Positions 19,359 to 29,071 of a stretch of 42,921 bases of DNA are shown here, in pieces (within the stretch, counting starts at the first letter, position 1; each line of letters begins with the position of its first letter). This DNA comes from Rhodobacterales bacterium CG2_30_65_12 (GTDB lineage: Bacteria > Pseudomonadota > Alphaproteobacteria > Rhodobacterales > Rhodobacteraceae): positions 1-42,921 of the forward strand of contig MNZL01000176.1 of the NCBI GenBank assembly GCA_001873585.1, read 5' to 3'. The position numbers and the translations under genes are program-made. Below the pieces are notes generated by a model. It had not been told where the DNA came from, did no database searches, and saw nothing but the letters and a program-made list of their open reading frames with translations.

Positions 19359-19787
19359 ATGAGCCACATCAATCTCGTAAAACTCTGCGTCGGCTGCGAC
19401 AGCGTCGAAAGCCTCGCCCAATGGCAGCAGATGCGCACGGGCCGCGATCCCGACTGGCAGCCGCGCCACATCACCCGGATGTGGCCCAAACGCGAGGCCG
19501 AGCTTGTCGCCGGCGGCTCGCTCTACTGGGTAATCAAGGGCGTGATCCTCGCCCGCCAGCGCGTGCTCCTGCTCGACGAGGCGATCGGCGAAGACGGCAT
19601 CCGTCGCTGCGGCCTCGTGCTCAGCCGCGAGCTCGTGCGCACCCAGCCCGCGCCGCGCCGCCCCTTCCAGGGCTGGCGCTACCTGCAACCGGGCGACGCC
19701 CCGCCCGACCTGCCTGCAAGCCGCGATGGCGACGACCCGCTGCCGCCGGAGCTTTCGTCGCGCCTCGCCGAGATCGGCATTCTCTGA
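19359..19787 (+). CDS. DUF1489 family protein
   Basis: INLVKLCVG, HITRMWPKR, GGSLYWVIKG, RPFQGWRYL motifs. Confidence 0.88.
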   Translation: MSHINLVKLCVGCDSVESLAQWQQMRTGRDPDWQPRHITRMWPKREAELVAGGSLYWVIKGVILARQRVLLLDEAIGEDGIRRCGLVLSRELVRTQPAPRRPFQGWRYLQPGDAPPDLPASRDGDDPLPPELSSRLAEIGIL

Positions 19788-19877
19788 AGCTGCCTTTTTC
19801 TTGGTGAAAATACTCACAATCCAGCGCCCGTGGCCGGCGTGCGCCATGCGTATTCGAGCCAGGGAAAAGTGCCGCGA

Positions 19878-20810
19878 TCAGTAGCCCGCCCCCCGGTCGA
19901 CGAGGTGCAACAAGGGCGCACCCGCCTCGCCGCGCCGGATGTTTTCCGCGATCACCTCCGCCGCTGTTTCGGTGCGGGTTTCCGAGGCGATATGCGGCGT
20001 GACGGTCACCTGCGGGTGAGCCCAGAACGGATGATCTTCGGGCAAGGGTTCCACCCGGAAAGTGTCGAGCGTCGCATGGGCGATATGGCCCGCATCCAAC
20101 GCGGCGAGCAGCGCCGCGTCGTCGATCAGCGCGCCGCGCCCGGGGTTGAGCACCACCGCGCCGTGCGGGAGCAGCGCCAGCGTCTCGGCGTTCAGCACGT
20201 TTTGCGTCGCGGGCGTGAGCGGCAGCAGGAGAACGAGAATGTCGCTGCGCGCAAGCAGCGCCGTCAGCCCAACCGCGCCCGTGAAACAGGCCACCCCTTC
20301 GGTCGCTTTCGGCCGCCGCGACCAGCCCGCCACGTCGAATCCAAGCCCGGCAAGCGCCGCAGCACTTGCGGCCCCGAGCGCGCCGAGGCCGAGCACGCCA
20401 ACCCGGCGCTGGCCCGCCAGCGGCGGAACATGGCGCTGCCATTGCCCGTCTGTGCGGCAGATGTCGGCATCCATGCCGAGATGGTGGCGCAGCACATGGC
20501 CCGCTACCCATTCCATCATGCCTTGCGTCAGCCCGCCATCGACCATGCGGGCATAAGGCATGGTCAGGGTCGGGTTCGCTATGATCGTCTCGACCCCGGC
20601 CCAAAGCCCCAGCGCCGCCTTGGCGCCGGTATAGGCAGAGAGATCGACGTCGCCCCCGGCGGGCGCGTACACGATGTAATCAACCGTTTCTGGCGCATGA
20701 TCCAAGGCGAGCGCCGCCTCGATCCCATGCCGCATGAGCGCCGCCGATAGCGGCACGCGGTAGTCGTCAAAGACGCCCGGCGCAGTGACGAATTGCACAT
20801 TTACGCTCAT
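19878..20810 (-). CDS. ghrA: D-2-hydroxyacid dehydrogenase (glyoxylate/hydroxypyruvate reductase A family)
   Basis: GVLGLGALG Rossmann motif, LLPLTPAT, NPGRG, LDTFRVEPLP..HPFW, TPHIAS; ATGA overlap with rodA. Confidence 0.88.
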   Translation of the reverse strand: MSVNVQFVTAPGVFDDYRVPLSAALMRHGIEAALALDHAPETVDYIVYAPAGGDVDLSAYTGAKAALGLWAGVETIIANPTLTMPYARMVDGGLTQGMMEWVAGHVLRHHLGMDADICRTDGQWQRHVPPLAGQRRVGVLGLGALGAASAAALAGLGFDVAGWSRRPKATEGVACFTGAVGLTALLARSDILVLLLPLTPATQNVLNAETLALLPHGAVVLNPGRGALIDDAALLAALDAGHIAHATLDTFRVEPLPEDHPFWAHPQVTVTPHIASETRTETAAEVIAENIRRGEAGAPLLHLVDRGAGY

Positions 20811-21952
20811 TTTGACCTTGCGCGGTGCACATGGGCCGATTGCACCAGTCCAAATCCGATCAAGAGCACCAGCATCGCCGAGCCGCCGTAGCTCACCAGC
20901 GGCAGCGGCACGCCCACCACCGGCACAAGCCCCATCACCATCGACATGTTGACCGCAAAGTAGAAAAAGAAGGTCGCGGCGACCCCGAGCGTAACCAGCG
21001 CGCCATAGCGGCTGGGGTTGCGCATCGCCGAGACGACGCAGAGCAGAATGATACCGAGATAGAGCGCCAGCAGCGAGCCGGCGCCGACAAAGCCAAACTC
21101 CTCGGCCAGCGTGGTGAAGATGAAATCGGTTTGCTTTTCGGGCAGGAAATTGAGCCGGCTCTGGGTGCCTTCCATGAAGCCGCGCCCAGTCCAGCCACCC
21201 GAGCCCAACGCGATCTTCGACTGGGTGATGTGGTAGCCCGCGCCGAGCGGGTCGGAGGCGGGATCGAGGAAGGTGTCGATCCGGGCATACTGGTAGTCTT
21301 TCAGCAATTGCCAAGGTGTGCCGCGCGAGACAAACACCGCCGTCACCGCGCCCGCGCCCAGCGCGCCCACGACCGCAAAGTAGAGGATATGCACGCCCGC
21401 GAGCCACATCACCACCGCGCCGCCGGCCATCAGCAGAATCGCGGTGCCAAGGTCCGGCTGGATCAGCGTAAGCATGGACGGAATGAGAATGATCGCCACC
21501 GGGATCGCCACCCAGACCGGCTTCGAGACCTTGGCGATGTCGAGCCAGTCGTAATAGGCGGCGAGCACCATGATCAGGGTGATCTTGACCAGCTCCGAGG
21601 GCTGCAACCGCATGAAACCGAGGTCGATCCAGCGCTGCGCTCCCATCCCGATTTCGCCGAAAAACTCCACCGCCAGCAGGAGTGTGAGCGATGCGCTGAA
21701 GGCCAGCACCGAGAGGTTGCGCCAGAACCAGATCGGCACCATGGCGATCACGAACATCACCGCCATGCCGAGTGCGAAGCGCTTCATCTGCGGCGCCGCC
21801 CATTGGCCCAGGTCTCCGCCCGCCACCGAGGTGAGCATGAGAAACCCGACCCCGGCCGCAGCGGTGATGAGCACGGCCAGGGCCCAGTTGAAATAGAGCA
21901 CCTTGGCAAGGCCCGAGGGCGTCCATTTCACATTGTATTCCAGATAGCTCAT
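20807..21952 (-). CDS. rodA: rod shape-determining protein RodA
   Basis: GAQRWIDLG..LQPSE, QPDLGT, GYHITQS.IA.GSGG, LPEKQTDFIF, GVPLPLVSYGGS. Confidence 0.97.
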   Translation of the reverse strand: MSYLEYNVKWTPSGLAKVLYFNWALAVLITAAAGVGFLMLTSVAGGDLGQWAAPQMKRFALGMAVMFVIAMVPIWFWRNLSVLAFSASLTLLLAVEFFGEIGMGAQRWIDLGFMRLQPSELVKITLIMVLAAYYDWLDIAKVSKPVWVAIPVAIILIPSMLTLIQPDLGTAILLMAGGAVVMWLAGVHILYFAVVGALGAGAVTAVFVSRGTPWQLLKDYQYARIDTFLDPASDPLGAGYHITQSKIALGSGGWTGRGFMEGTQSRLNFLPEKQTDFIFTTLAEEFGFVGAGSLLALYLGIILLCVVSAMRNPSRYGALVTLGVAATFFFYFAVNMSMVMGLVPVVGVPLPLVSYGGSAMLVLLIGFGLVQSAHVHRARSK

Positions 21953-23892
21953 GCCCGGCTCCGGCCTTGCGAAGGCGCTTGCGGCGGGCGCAGTTTGAGG
22001 CCCTCGAATCGCGAGCGGATGGTATTGCGCTGCGCCGTCGGGTAGGCCGAAAGAGGCGGCACATCGTCGTAGAGCGCGGCAAGCAGAACGTCGCGCGCGA
22101 TCGGCGCGGCAGCCGTCGAGCCGCCGCCGCCATGCTCGACCAGCACAGAGACGGCGATCTCGGGCGCGTCGTGCGGGGCGTAGCCGACAAACAGCGCGTG
22201 GTCGCGCCGATCCCACGGCAGATCGTTGTTCGAGGTCACGCCGCGCGCGCGCTCGGCGGTGGTGATGTTGCGCACCTGGCTGGTGCCGGTCTTGCCGGCC
22301 ATGCGCACGCCCTCGGCCACGACCCGGCTTGAGCCACCGGTGCCGCGGTTGCCGTTGACCACCTCATACATTCCCTGGCGCACCGCCGCGAGGTGCAGCG
22401 GATCCAGGTCGAGCGGTTCAAGCCCGCGCACCGGCTGCTCGACGCCATCGACCGCGCGCACCAGGCGCGGCTCGATCCGGGTGCCAGAGGCGATCCGCGC
22501 GGTCATCACCGCGAGTTGCAAGGGCGAGGCGAGCACATAGCCCTGGCCAATGGTGGCGTTGAGGGTATCACCAATCAACCAGTCGCCCTTGCCGCTTTCC
22601 AGCTTCCAGTCCTTGGTTGGCATCACGCCCTCGGCGACCGACGACAGCGGCACATCATGGCGCACCCCAAGGCCGAACTTGCGCGCCATCGCCGAGATCT
22701 TCTCGATCCCGACGATCTGGGAAAGCTCGTAATAATACACGTCGCAGCTTTCGCGCAGGCTGCGGATCAGGTCGACCCGGCCATGCCCGCCCCGGTTCCA
22801 GCAATGGAACCGCCGCCCGGAAACTTCGACGTAGCCGCGGCAGGTGAAGCTATCATCAAGCTTGATCAGCCCCGCGTCCAGCGCCGCCAGCGCCGTCATC
22901 ATCTTGAAGGTCGAGCCGGGTGGATAGATGCCCTGGCTCGCCTTGTTGGGCAGCGGCCGGTAGGGATCTTCAAGCAGCGCATTGTAATCCTTCGTGGTAA
23001 TCCCACGCACAAACTTGTTGGGGTCGAAGGTGGGGGCGGAGGCGAGCGCGAGGATGTCGCCGTTGCGCGGATCCATCACCACCGCCGCGGCGCTCTCGCC
23101 CGCCATCCGCGCTTCGCAGAAATTCTGCAAGCTGTGGTTGACGGTGAGTTGAATGTTGGCGCCCGGCACACCTTCCTGGCGGCCAAGCTCACGCATGACC
23201 CGGCCAACGGCGTTGACCTCAACGCGGCTGGTGCCGGCACTGCCGCGCAGCCGGGGTTCAAACGCCGCCTCGATCCCCGATTTGCCGATCTGGAAGCGCG
23301 GGATCTGCAACAGCGGATCGGGATCGTCGATCCGGTCGAGATCGTAATCCGAAACCGGGCCGACGTAGCCGGTGATATGCGCGAAATCCGAGCCCAGCGG
23401 GTAAACCCGGCTCAGGCCCACTTCCGGGTTCACCCCCGGCAGCGCGGGAGTGTTCACCGCCACCTCCGCCACGTCCTGCCAGCTTACCCGGTCGGCGACG
23501 GTGACAGGCACGAACGGCGAACGCCGCGCCATCTCGGAGAGCACCTTTTCGATCTCGTCGGGATCAAGCCAGATCAGCTTGCCGAGCCGGTCGAGCACCG
23601 CTTTGGGATCGCCCGCGTCTTCGCGGGTCATCACAATGCGGTAGTTCTGCTCGTTGCCGGCGACAAGCACCCCCTTGCGATCATAGATCAGCCCGCGGGC
23701 GGGCGGCAGCAGGCGGATGTTGATCCGGTTGCGGTCGGCGAGCATGCGGTATTCATCGGCTTGCTCAAGCTGCATATAGCGCATCCGCGCCACCAGCACG
23801 CCGGCAAAGCCAAGCTGGGCGGCGCCGAGGAGCAGCCCGCGCCGGGTAATGCGCCGCGCGCTCTTCTCGGTATCGGCCGGCGAGCGCCTCAT
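21949..23892 (-). CDS. mrdA: penicillin-binding protein 2
   Basis: PARGLIYDRKG, PGSTFK (SxxK), SCDVYYY, KTGTSQ motifs. Confidence 0.97.
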   Translation of the reverse strand: MRRSPADTEKSARRITRRGLLLGAAQLGFAGVLVARMRYMQLEQADEYRMLADRNRINIRLLPPARGLIYDRKGVLVAGNEQNYRIVMTREDAGDPKAVLDRLGKLIWLDPDEIEKVLSEMARRSPFVPVTVADRVSWQDVAEVAVNTPALPGVNPEVGLSRVYPLGSDFAHITGYVGPVSDYDLDRIDDPDPLLQIPRFQIGKSGIEAAFEPRLRGSAGTSRVEVNAVGRVMRELGRQEGVPGANIQLTVNHSLQNFCEARMAGESAAAVVMDPRNGDILALASAPTFDPNKFVRGITTKDYNALLEDPYRPLPNKASQGIYPPGSTFKMMTALAALDAGLIKLDDSFTCRGYVEVSGRRFHCWNRGGHGRVDLIRSLRESCDVYYYELSQIVGIEKISAMARKFGLGVRHDVPLSSVAEGVMPTKDWKLESGKGDWLIGDTLNATIGQGYVLASPLQLAVMTARIASGTRIEPRLVRAVDGVEQPVRGLEPLDLDPLHLAAVRQGMYEVVNGNRGTGGSSRVVAEGVRMAGKTGTSQVRNITTAERARGVTSNNDLPWDRRDHALFVGYAPHDAPEIAVSVLVEHGGGGSTAAAPIARDVLLAALYDDVPPLSAYPTAQRNTIRSRFEGLKLRPPQAPSQGRSRA

Positions 23893-24428
23893 GCCAACCG
23901 CGCCTCCGCCGCGTGTTCGCCGGGCGCGAGCCGGCGCACCCGGAAGGCCCAGACCGAAACCGCTGCCACCAGCGGGTAGACGGCAATGTTGACAACCAGG
24001 CCGATCAGCGACAGCCCGAACGGCGCCCGCTCGACGAAGAACACCGCAAGCAGCGTCCGCTCGGCGACAAACATCAGCACCAGCACGGCGGCCACGGTGG
24101 CCCATTCCACTGGAAATGTCTGCTCGCCCAACAGCCCGGCGCGGCCACGAAGCGCTTCGAGGCCGATCACCGCAAGCGCCGCCCCCGGCCCCGGCGGGCG
24201 GAAAAACATGAATTCAGACACGAGCATAAGAACGCCGAACAGCAGCACCGGCACGAAATCCGGCCGGCGCAGCACCCAGGCAAAGCCGAGAAGCACGATC
24301 AGGTCGGGCGGCGGCCAGCCCCCCGTCATCGGCCCCACCGGGAGCATGCGAAAGAAGATGGAAAAAGCCCCAAGCACGAGCAAGAGCATGGCGAAGCCAA
24401 AACGATGGAGCGTGGCCGGGTCGATCAT
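23889..24428 (-). CDS. mreD: rod shape-determining protein MreD
   Basis: Hydrophobic protein with PDL..LL.FAWVLRRP; position between mreC and mrdA. Confidence 0.88.
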   Translation of the reverse strand: MIDPATLHRFGFAMLLLVLGAFSIFFRMLPVGPMTGGWPPPDLIVLLGFAWVLRRPDFVPVLLFGVLMLVSEFMFFRPPGPGAALAVIGLEALRGRAGLLGEQTFPVEWATVAAVLVLMFVAERTLLAVFFVERAPFGLSLIGLVVNIAVYPLVAAVSVWAFRVRRLAPGEHAAEARLA

Positions 24429-25360
24429 TGATCCGCCTCCGCTCCGCCATCGGCTTCCGTGGTGTCAGGCGGCACATTCTCGGCCACCGGGGCGAGCACC
24501 GGGTTCATCACCATGAGCGCGCCGGCGCCGGTGACCACTTCACCCGGGTGAGACCGCAGCACCCGCAGGAAATTGAGCCGCTCGTAATCGGCCGCGAGCC
24601 GCACCCTGAGCCGCCGGTCGGCTCCGCGAATGACCTCGCCCACCAGGAGCCCCGCCGGGAATACCCCGCCGTCGCCCGATGAGATCACCCGGTCGCCCGG
24701 GCGCACCTCTTCGGCGTTCTCGATAAACTCAAGCGGCGGCCCGTCGGAATTGTCGCCATGCAAGAGCGCGACCTGCCCCGAAGGCTGGATCGTCACCGGA
24801 ATGCGGCTTGAGCTGTCGGTGAGCAGGATCACCCGCGCCGTCTGCTGACCGACCCCCGAGATCCGCCCCACAAGACCAAGCCCATCCATCGCCGCCCAGC
24901 CATCCACCAGCCCGTCGCGCGCGCCGACGTTGAGCAGCACCGATTGCCGGAACGGCGAGCCCGAATCGGTGAGCACCACACCAGTGACGTAGGAAAGCCG
25001 GGCATCGAGGCGGACGTTGTTGAGATCAAGCAGCTTGGCGTTCTCCTGCTCAAGCTGCAGCGCGGCCTCTTTCCAGGCCTTCATCTGCTGCAACTCGCGG
25101 CGCAGCTCTTGGTTCTGCTCGGCGAGCCGGGCATAGGATTGAAAGCCCTCGATCAGTCCGGCCACCTTGGTGACCGGCACCAGCGCCCATTCCATGTTGG
25201 GCACCAGCGCATCGACCACCTGGGCGCGAAACCGCTCAACGCGCGGGCTGTCGATCCGCCACACCAGGAATGTCGCAAAGAGCGCAAACACCACGAGCCC
25301 GACCAGAATCCGCCTGACCGGGGTAACAAAATCTTCGCTGTGCCGCCGGTTTGTCGCCAA
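24425..25360 (-). CDS. mreC: rod shape-determining protein MreC
   Basis: TM plus coiled coil, GLVGRISGVG, VILLTD.SSRIPV, SSGDGGVFPAGLLVG; TTG start. Confidence 0.95.
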   Translation of the reverse strand: MATNRRHSEDFVTPVRRILVGLVVFALFATFLVWRIDSPRVERFRAQVVDALVPNMEWALVPVTKVAGLIEGFQSYARLAEQNQELRRELQQMKAWKEAALQLEQENAKLLDLNNVRLDARLSYVTGVVLTDSGSPFRQSVLLNVGARDGLVDGWAAMDGLGLVGRISGVGQQTARVILLTDSSSRIPVTIQPSGQVALLHGDNSDGPPLEFIENAEEVRPGDRVISSGDGGVFPAGLLVGEVIRGADRRLRVRLAADYERLNFLRVLRSHPGEVVTGAGALMVMNPVLAPVAENVPPDTTEADGGAEADQ

Positions 25361-25393
25361 TCAGGCCTCCGTCCGCCCGGGGCCGCGCCCGGT

Positions 25394-26510
<1,117 letters not shown>

Positions 26511-26559
26511 GGCCCCGGCCCGCACCTGCAAGCTGTTTTTCGCCGCCCGAGCGGCGCGA

Positions 26560-28101
26560 TCAGACCGCCTCGGGCTTGGTTTTCTCGCGCCGCACGATCA
26601 GGTTATTGAGCGCGTTCACATAAGCCTTGGCCGAGGCCACCACGGTATCGGTATCCGACGAGGTGCCGGTGACGATCTTGCCGCCCTCTTCCATCCGCAC
26701 CGTCACCGTGGCCTGGGCATCTGTGCCTTCGGTCACCGCGTGCACCTGGTAGAGGTTGAGCTTGGCGCTATGCGGAAACAGCGCCTTGATCGCGTTGAAG
26801 GAGGCATCCACCGGGCCGTCGCCGGTTTGCGTTACCTGGGTATCGACGCCATCGATGGTGAGCGTGAGGTCGGCCGATTGCGGCGCCTCGGTGCCGCAGA
26901 TCACCCGCAGAAATTTCACCTTGATCCTGTCGGCCGCCGTCGAACCCTCGCCCATCAGCGCGATCAGGTCTTCGTCGAACACCTCCTTCTTGCGATCGGC
27001 GAGTTCCTTGAACCGCACGAAGACGTCGACCAACTGATTATCGGCCAGCTCGTAGCCCAGATCCTTGAGCTTGGCGCGCAGCGCGGCCCGGCCTGAGTGC
27101 TTGCCCATCACCAGATTTGTCGAAGCCAGCCCGATATCCTCGGGCCGCATGATTTCAAAGTTCTGCGGATTCTTCAGCACCCCGTCCTGGTGAATACCGC
27201 TCTCGTGGGCAAAGGCGTTCTTGCCGACGATGGCCTTGTTGAACTGCACCGGAAAGCCCGAAACCTGCGCCACCCGGCGCGAGATGTTCATGATCTTCGT
27301 GCTGTCGACCCCGGTGCGGTAGGGCAGGATATCGTTACGCACCTTGAGCGCCATCACCACCTCTTCAAGCGCGGTATTGCCCGCGCGCTCGCCCAGTCCG
27401 TTGATCGTGCTCTCGATCTGGCGCGCGCCGGCTTCGACGGCAGCCAGCGCGTTGGCCGTGGCCATGCCCAGATCGTCATGGCAATGGGTGGCGAAGACAA
27501 TCTCGTCGGCCCCCGGCACCCGCTCGATCAACATCCGGATCAGATCGGCGCTCTCGCGCGGCGCGGTGTAGCCCACGGTATCGGGAATGTTGATCGTGGT
27601 GGCCCCGGCCTTGATGGCAATCTCGACCACGCGGGCAAGGTAATCGTGCTCGGTGCGGGTGGCATCCATCGGCGACCATTGCACATCGTCGCACAGATTG
27701 CGCGCGTGACTCACCGAATCGTGGATCATCTCGGCCGCCTGATCCATCGTCAGGTTCGGGATCTGGCGGTGCAGGGGCGAGGTGCCGATGAAGGTATGAA
27801 TCCGCGGGCGTTGGCTATGTTTGACAGCCTCCCAGCAGCGGTCGATATCCTTCACGCTGGCGCGGGCGAGGCCGCAGATCACTGCGTTTTGCGTGCGTTT
27901 GGCAATTTCGCTCACGGCGAAAAAATCGCCCTCGGAGGCGATCGGGAAGCCTGCTTCGATGATATCGACCCCCATCTCGTCAAGCATCTCGGCAATTTCG
28001 AGTTTTTCCTCGTGGGTCATCGTCGCACCGGGCGCTTGCTCGCCGTCACGCAAGGTGGTGTCAAAAATCAGGACGCGGTCCTGTTTGCTGGGCAATGTCA
28101 T
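26560..28101 (-). CDS. leuA: 2-isopropylmalate synthase
   Basis: FDTTLRDGEQ, HCHDDLG, GLGERAGN, HESGIHQDG; C-terminal regulatory domain GDGPVDA. Confidence 0.98.
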   Translation of the reverse strand: MTLPSKQDRVLIFDTTLRDGEQAPGATMTHEEKLEIAEMLDEMGVDIIEAGFPIASEGDFFAVSEIAKRTQNAVICGLARASVKDIDRCWEAVKHSQRPRIHTFIGTSPLHRQIPNLTMDQAAEMIHDSVSHARNLCDDVQWSPMDATRTEHDYLARVVEIAIKAGATTINIPDTVGYTAPRESADLIRMLIERVPGADEIVFATHCHDDLGMATANALAAVEAGARQIESTINGLGERAGNTALEEVVMALKVRNDILPYRTGVDSTKIMNISRRVAQVSGFPVQFNKAIVGKNAFAHESGIHQDGVLKNPQNFEIMRPEDIGLASTNLVMGKHSGRAALRAKLKDLGYELADNQLVDVFVRFKELADRKKEVFDEDLIALMGEGSTAADRIKVKFLRVICGTEAPQSADLTLTIDGVDTQVTQTGDGPVDASFNAIKALFPHSAKLNLYQVHAVTEGTDAQATVTVRMEEGGKIVTGTSSDTDTVVASAKAYVNALNNLIVRREKTKPEAV

Positions 28102-28139
28102 GGAAGTGTCTTTCTCTGGTGTCTTAGCCGTTGGCCATG

Positions 28140-28169
28140 GGGCCGGTATGTGGGCCGGTATGTGGGCCG
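28140..28169. repeat. 12-nt tandem repeat in the leuA 5' leader
   Basis: GGGCCGGTATGT x2 plus GGGCCG. Confidence 0.8.
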
Positions 28170-28226
28170 ATCTGCGTCGTCAGGCGCGGAAATGTCTCCT
28201 CTGAGCGCTCGCGCCAAGCGGCACAC

Positions 28227-28316
28227 TCAGAGGCGGCTAAGCAGAAGCAGCGCGGCAAGCGCGGACGGGCGCAAAAGCGCGTCGGTCGCAAAAAAGGGGT
28301 TAGCCGCGAATGTCAT
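28227..28316 (-). CDS. putative leuA leader (attenuator) peptide, 29 aa
   Basis: Manual translation MTFAANPFFATDALLRPSALAALLLLSRL*: 8 Leu including four consecutive near the stop, directly upstream of leuA. Confidence 0.75.
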   Translation of the reverse strand: MTFAANPFFATDALLRPSALAALLLLSRL

Positions 28317-28371
28317 GTTGCGCAATATAGCCGTGACAGCCGCAATGAAAAGGCCCTATTTGAACGGTTTA

Positions 28372-28397
28372 TGGTCCGTATGACTGACCCATCCGTA
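28372..28397 (+). promoter_or_regulatory. putative sigmaE (RpoE/ChrR-type) promoter for SDR-photolyase
   Basis: TGGTCC-N15-CCGTA versus the Rhodobacter sigmaE pattern TGATCC-N15-(C/G)CGTA. Confidence 0.55.
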
Positions 28398-28405
28398 GTA
28401 TGCGC

Positions 28406-29071
28406 ATGATACACAATGCTCTTGTTCTCGGCGCGTCCGGTGGGATTGGTGAGGCGCTCGCAGACCATCTCGAAGCCCATTGCACCAAAGTCACCCGTCT
28501 TTCGCGCGCCGAAGGGCTCGATTATGACGATCCCGCCCGCGCCGAGGCCACGCTCGCCGCACTCGATGGCCCGTTTCACACCATCGTCATTGCCACCGGC
28601 GCGCTGGAGCCCGGCGGGCACGCACCTGAAAAGGCGCTGCGCCAGATCGACGCCACGGCGCTCGCCCGGCACTTCGCGGTCAACACCATCGGCCCGGCGC
28701 TGGTGCTGAAACATGCGCCCCGGCTATTGCCGCGCGGCGAACGGGCGGTGCTGGCGGCGCTCTCGGCCCGGGTCGGCTCGATCGGCGACAACCGGCTCGG
28801 CGGTTGGCACGGCTACCGCGCGGCCAAGGCGGCGCTGAACCAGCTCGTGAACGGGGCCGCCATCGAGCTTGCGCGCAGCCACCGCGCGGCGATCTGCGTG
28901 GCGCTGCATCCTGGCACCGTCGCCACCCGCCTCACCGAAACCCACGGCAACGGCCATGCCCGCACACCACCCGACGAGGCCGCCGCCAACCTGCTCGGCG
29001 TGCTCGCCGGCCTCACCCCAAACGACACCGGCAGGTTCTTCGACTGGCAAGGCAAGCCCGTGCCATGGTGA
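28406..29071 (+). CDS. short-chain dehydrogenase/reductase (C-factor/CsgA-like)
   Basis: LGASGGIG, PEK.L, SARVGSIGDNRLGGWHGYRAAKAALN (YxxxK), LHPGTV.T; alternative start at 28400. Confidence 0.9.
   Translation: MIHNALVLGASGGIGEALADHLEAHCTKVTRLSRAEGLDYDDPARAEATLAALDGPFHTIVIATGALEPGGHAPEKALRQIDATALARHFAVNTIGPALVLKHAPRLLPRGERAVLAALSARVGSIGDNRLGGWHGYRAAKAALNQLVNGAAIELARSHRAAICVALHPGTVATRLTETHGNGHARTPPDEAAANLLGVLAGLTPNDTGRFFDWQGKPVPW

Noticed and set aside
19266-19847. N-terminal extension of NrdJ in the 944-aa ORF
   Set aside because: Overlaps DUF1489 on the opposite strand; the RNR-like sequence begins at MTRFAAP (19265); no intein seen in nrdJ
19878-22190. 770-aa ORF suggesting a large fusion
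   Set aside because: Only the last 310 aa (ghrA) are protein-like; the rest is an alternative frame over rodA
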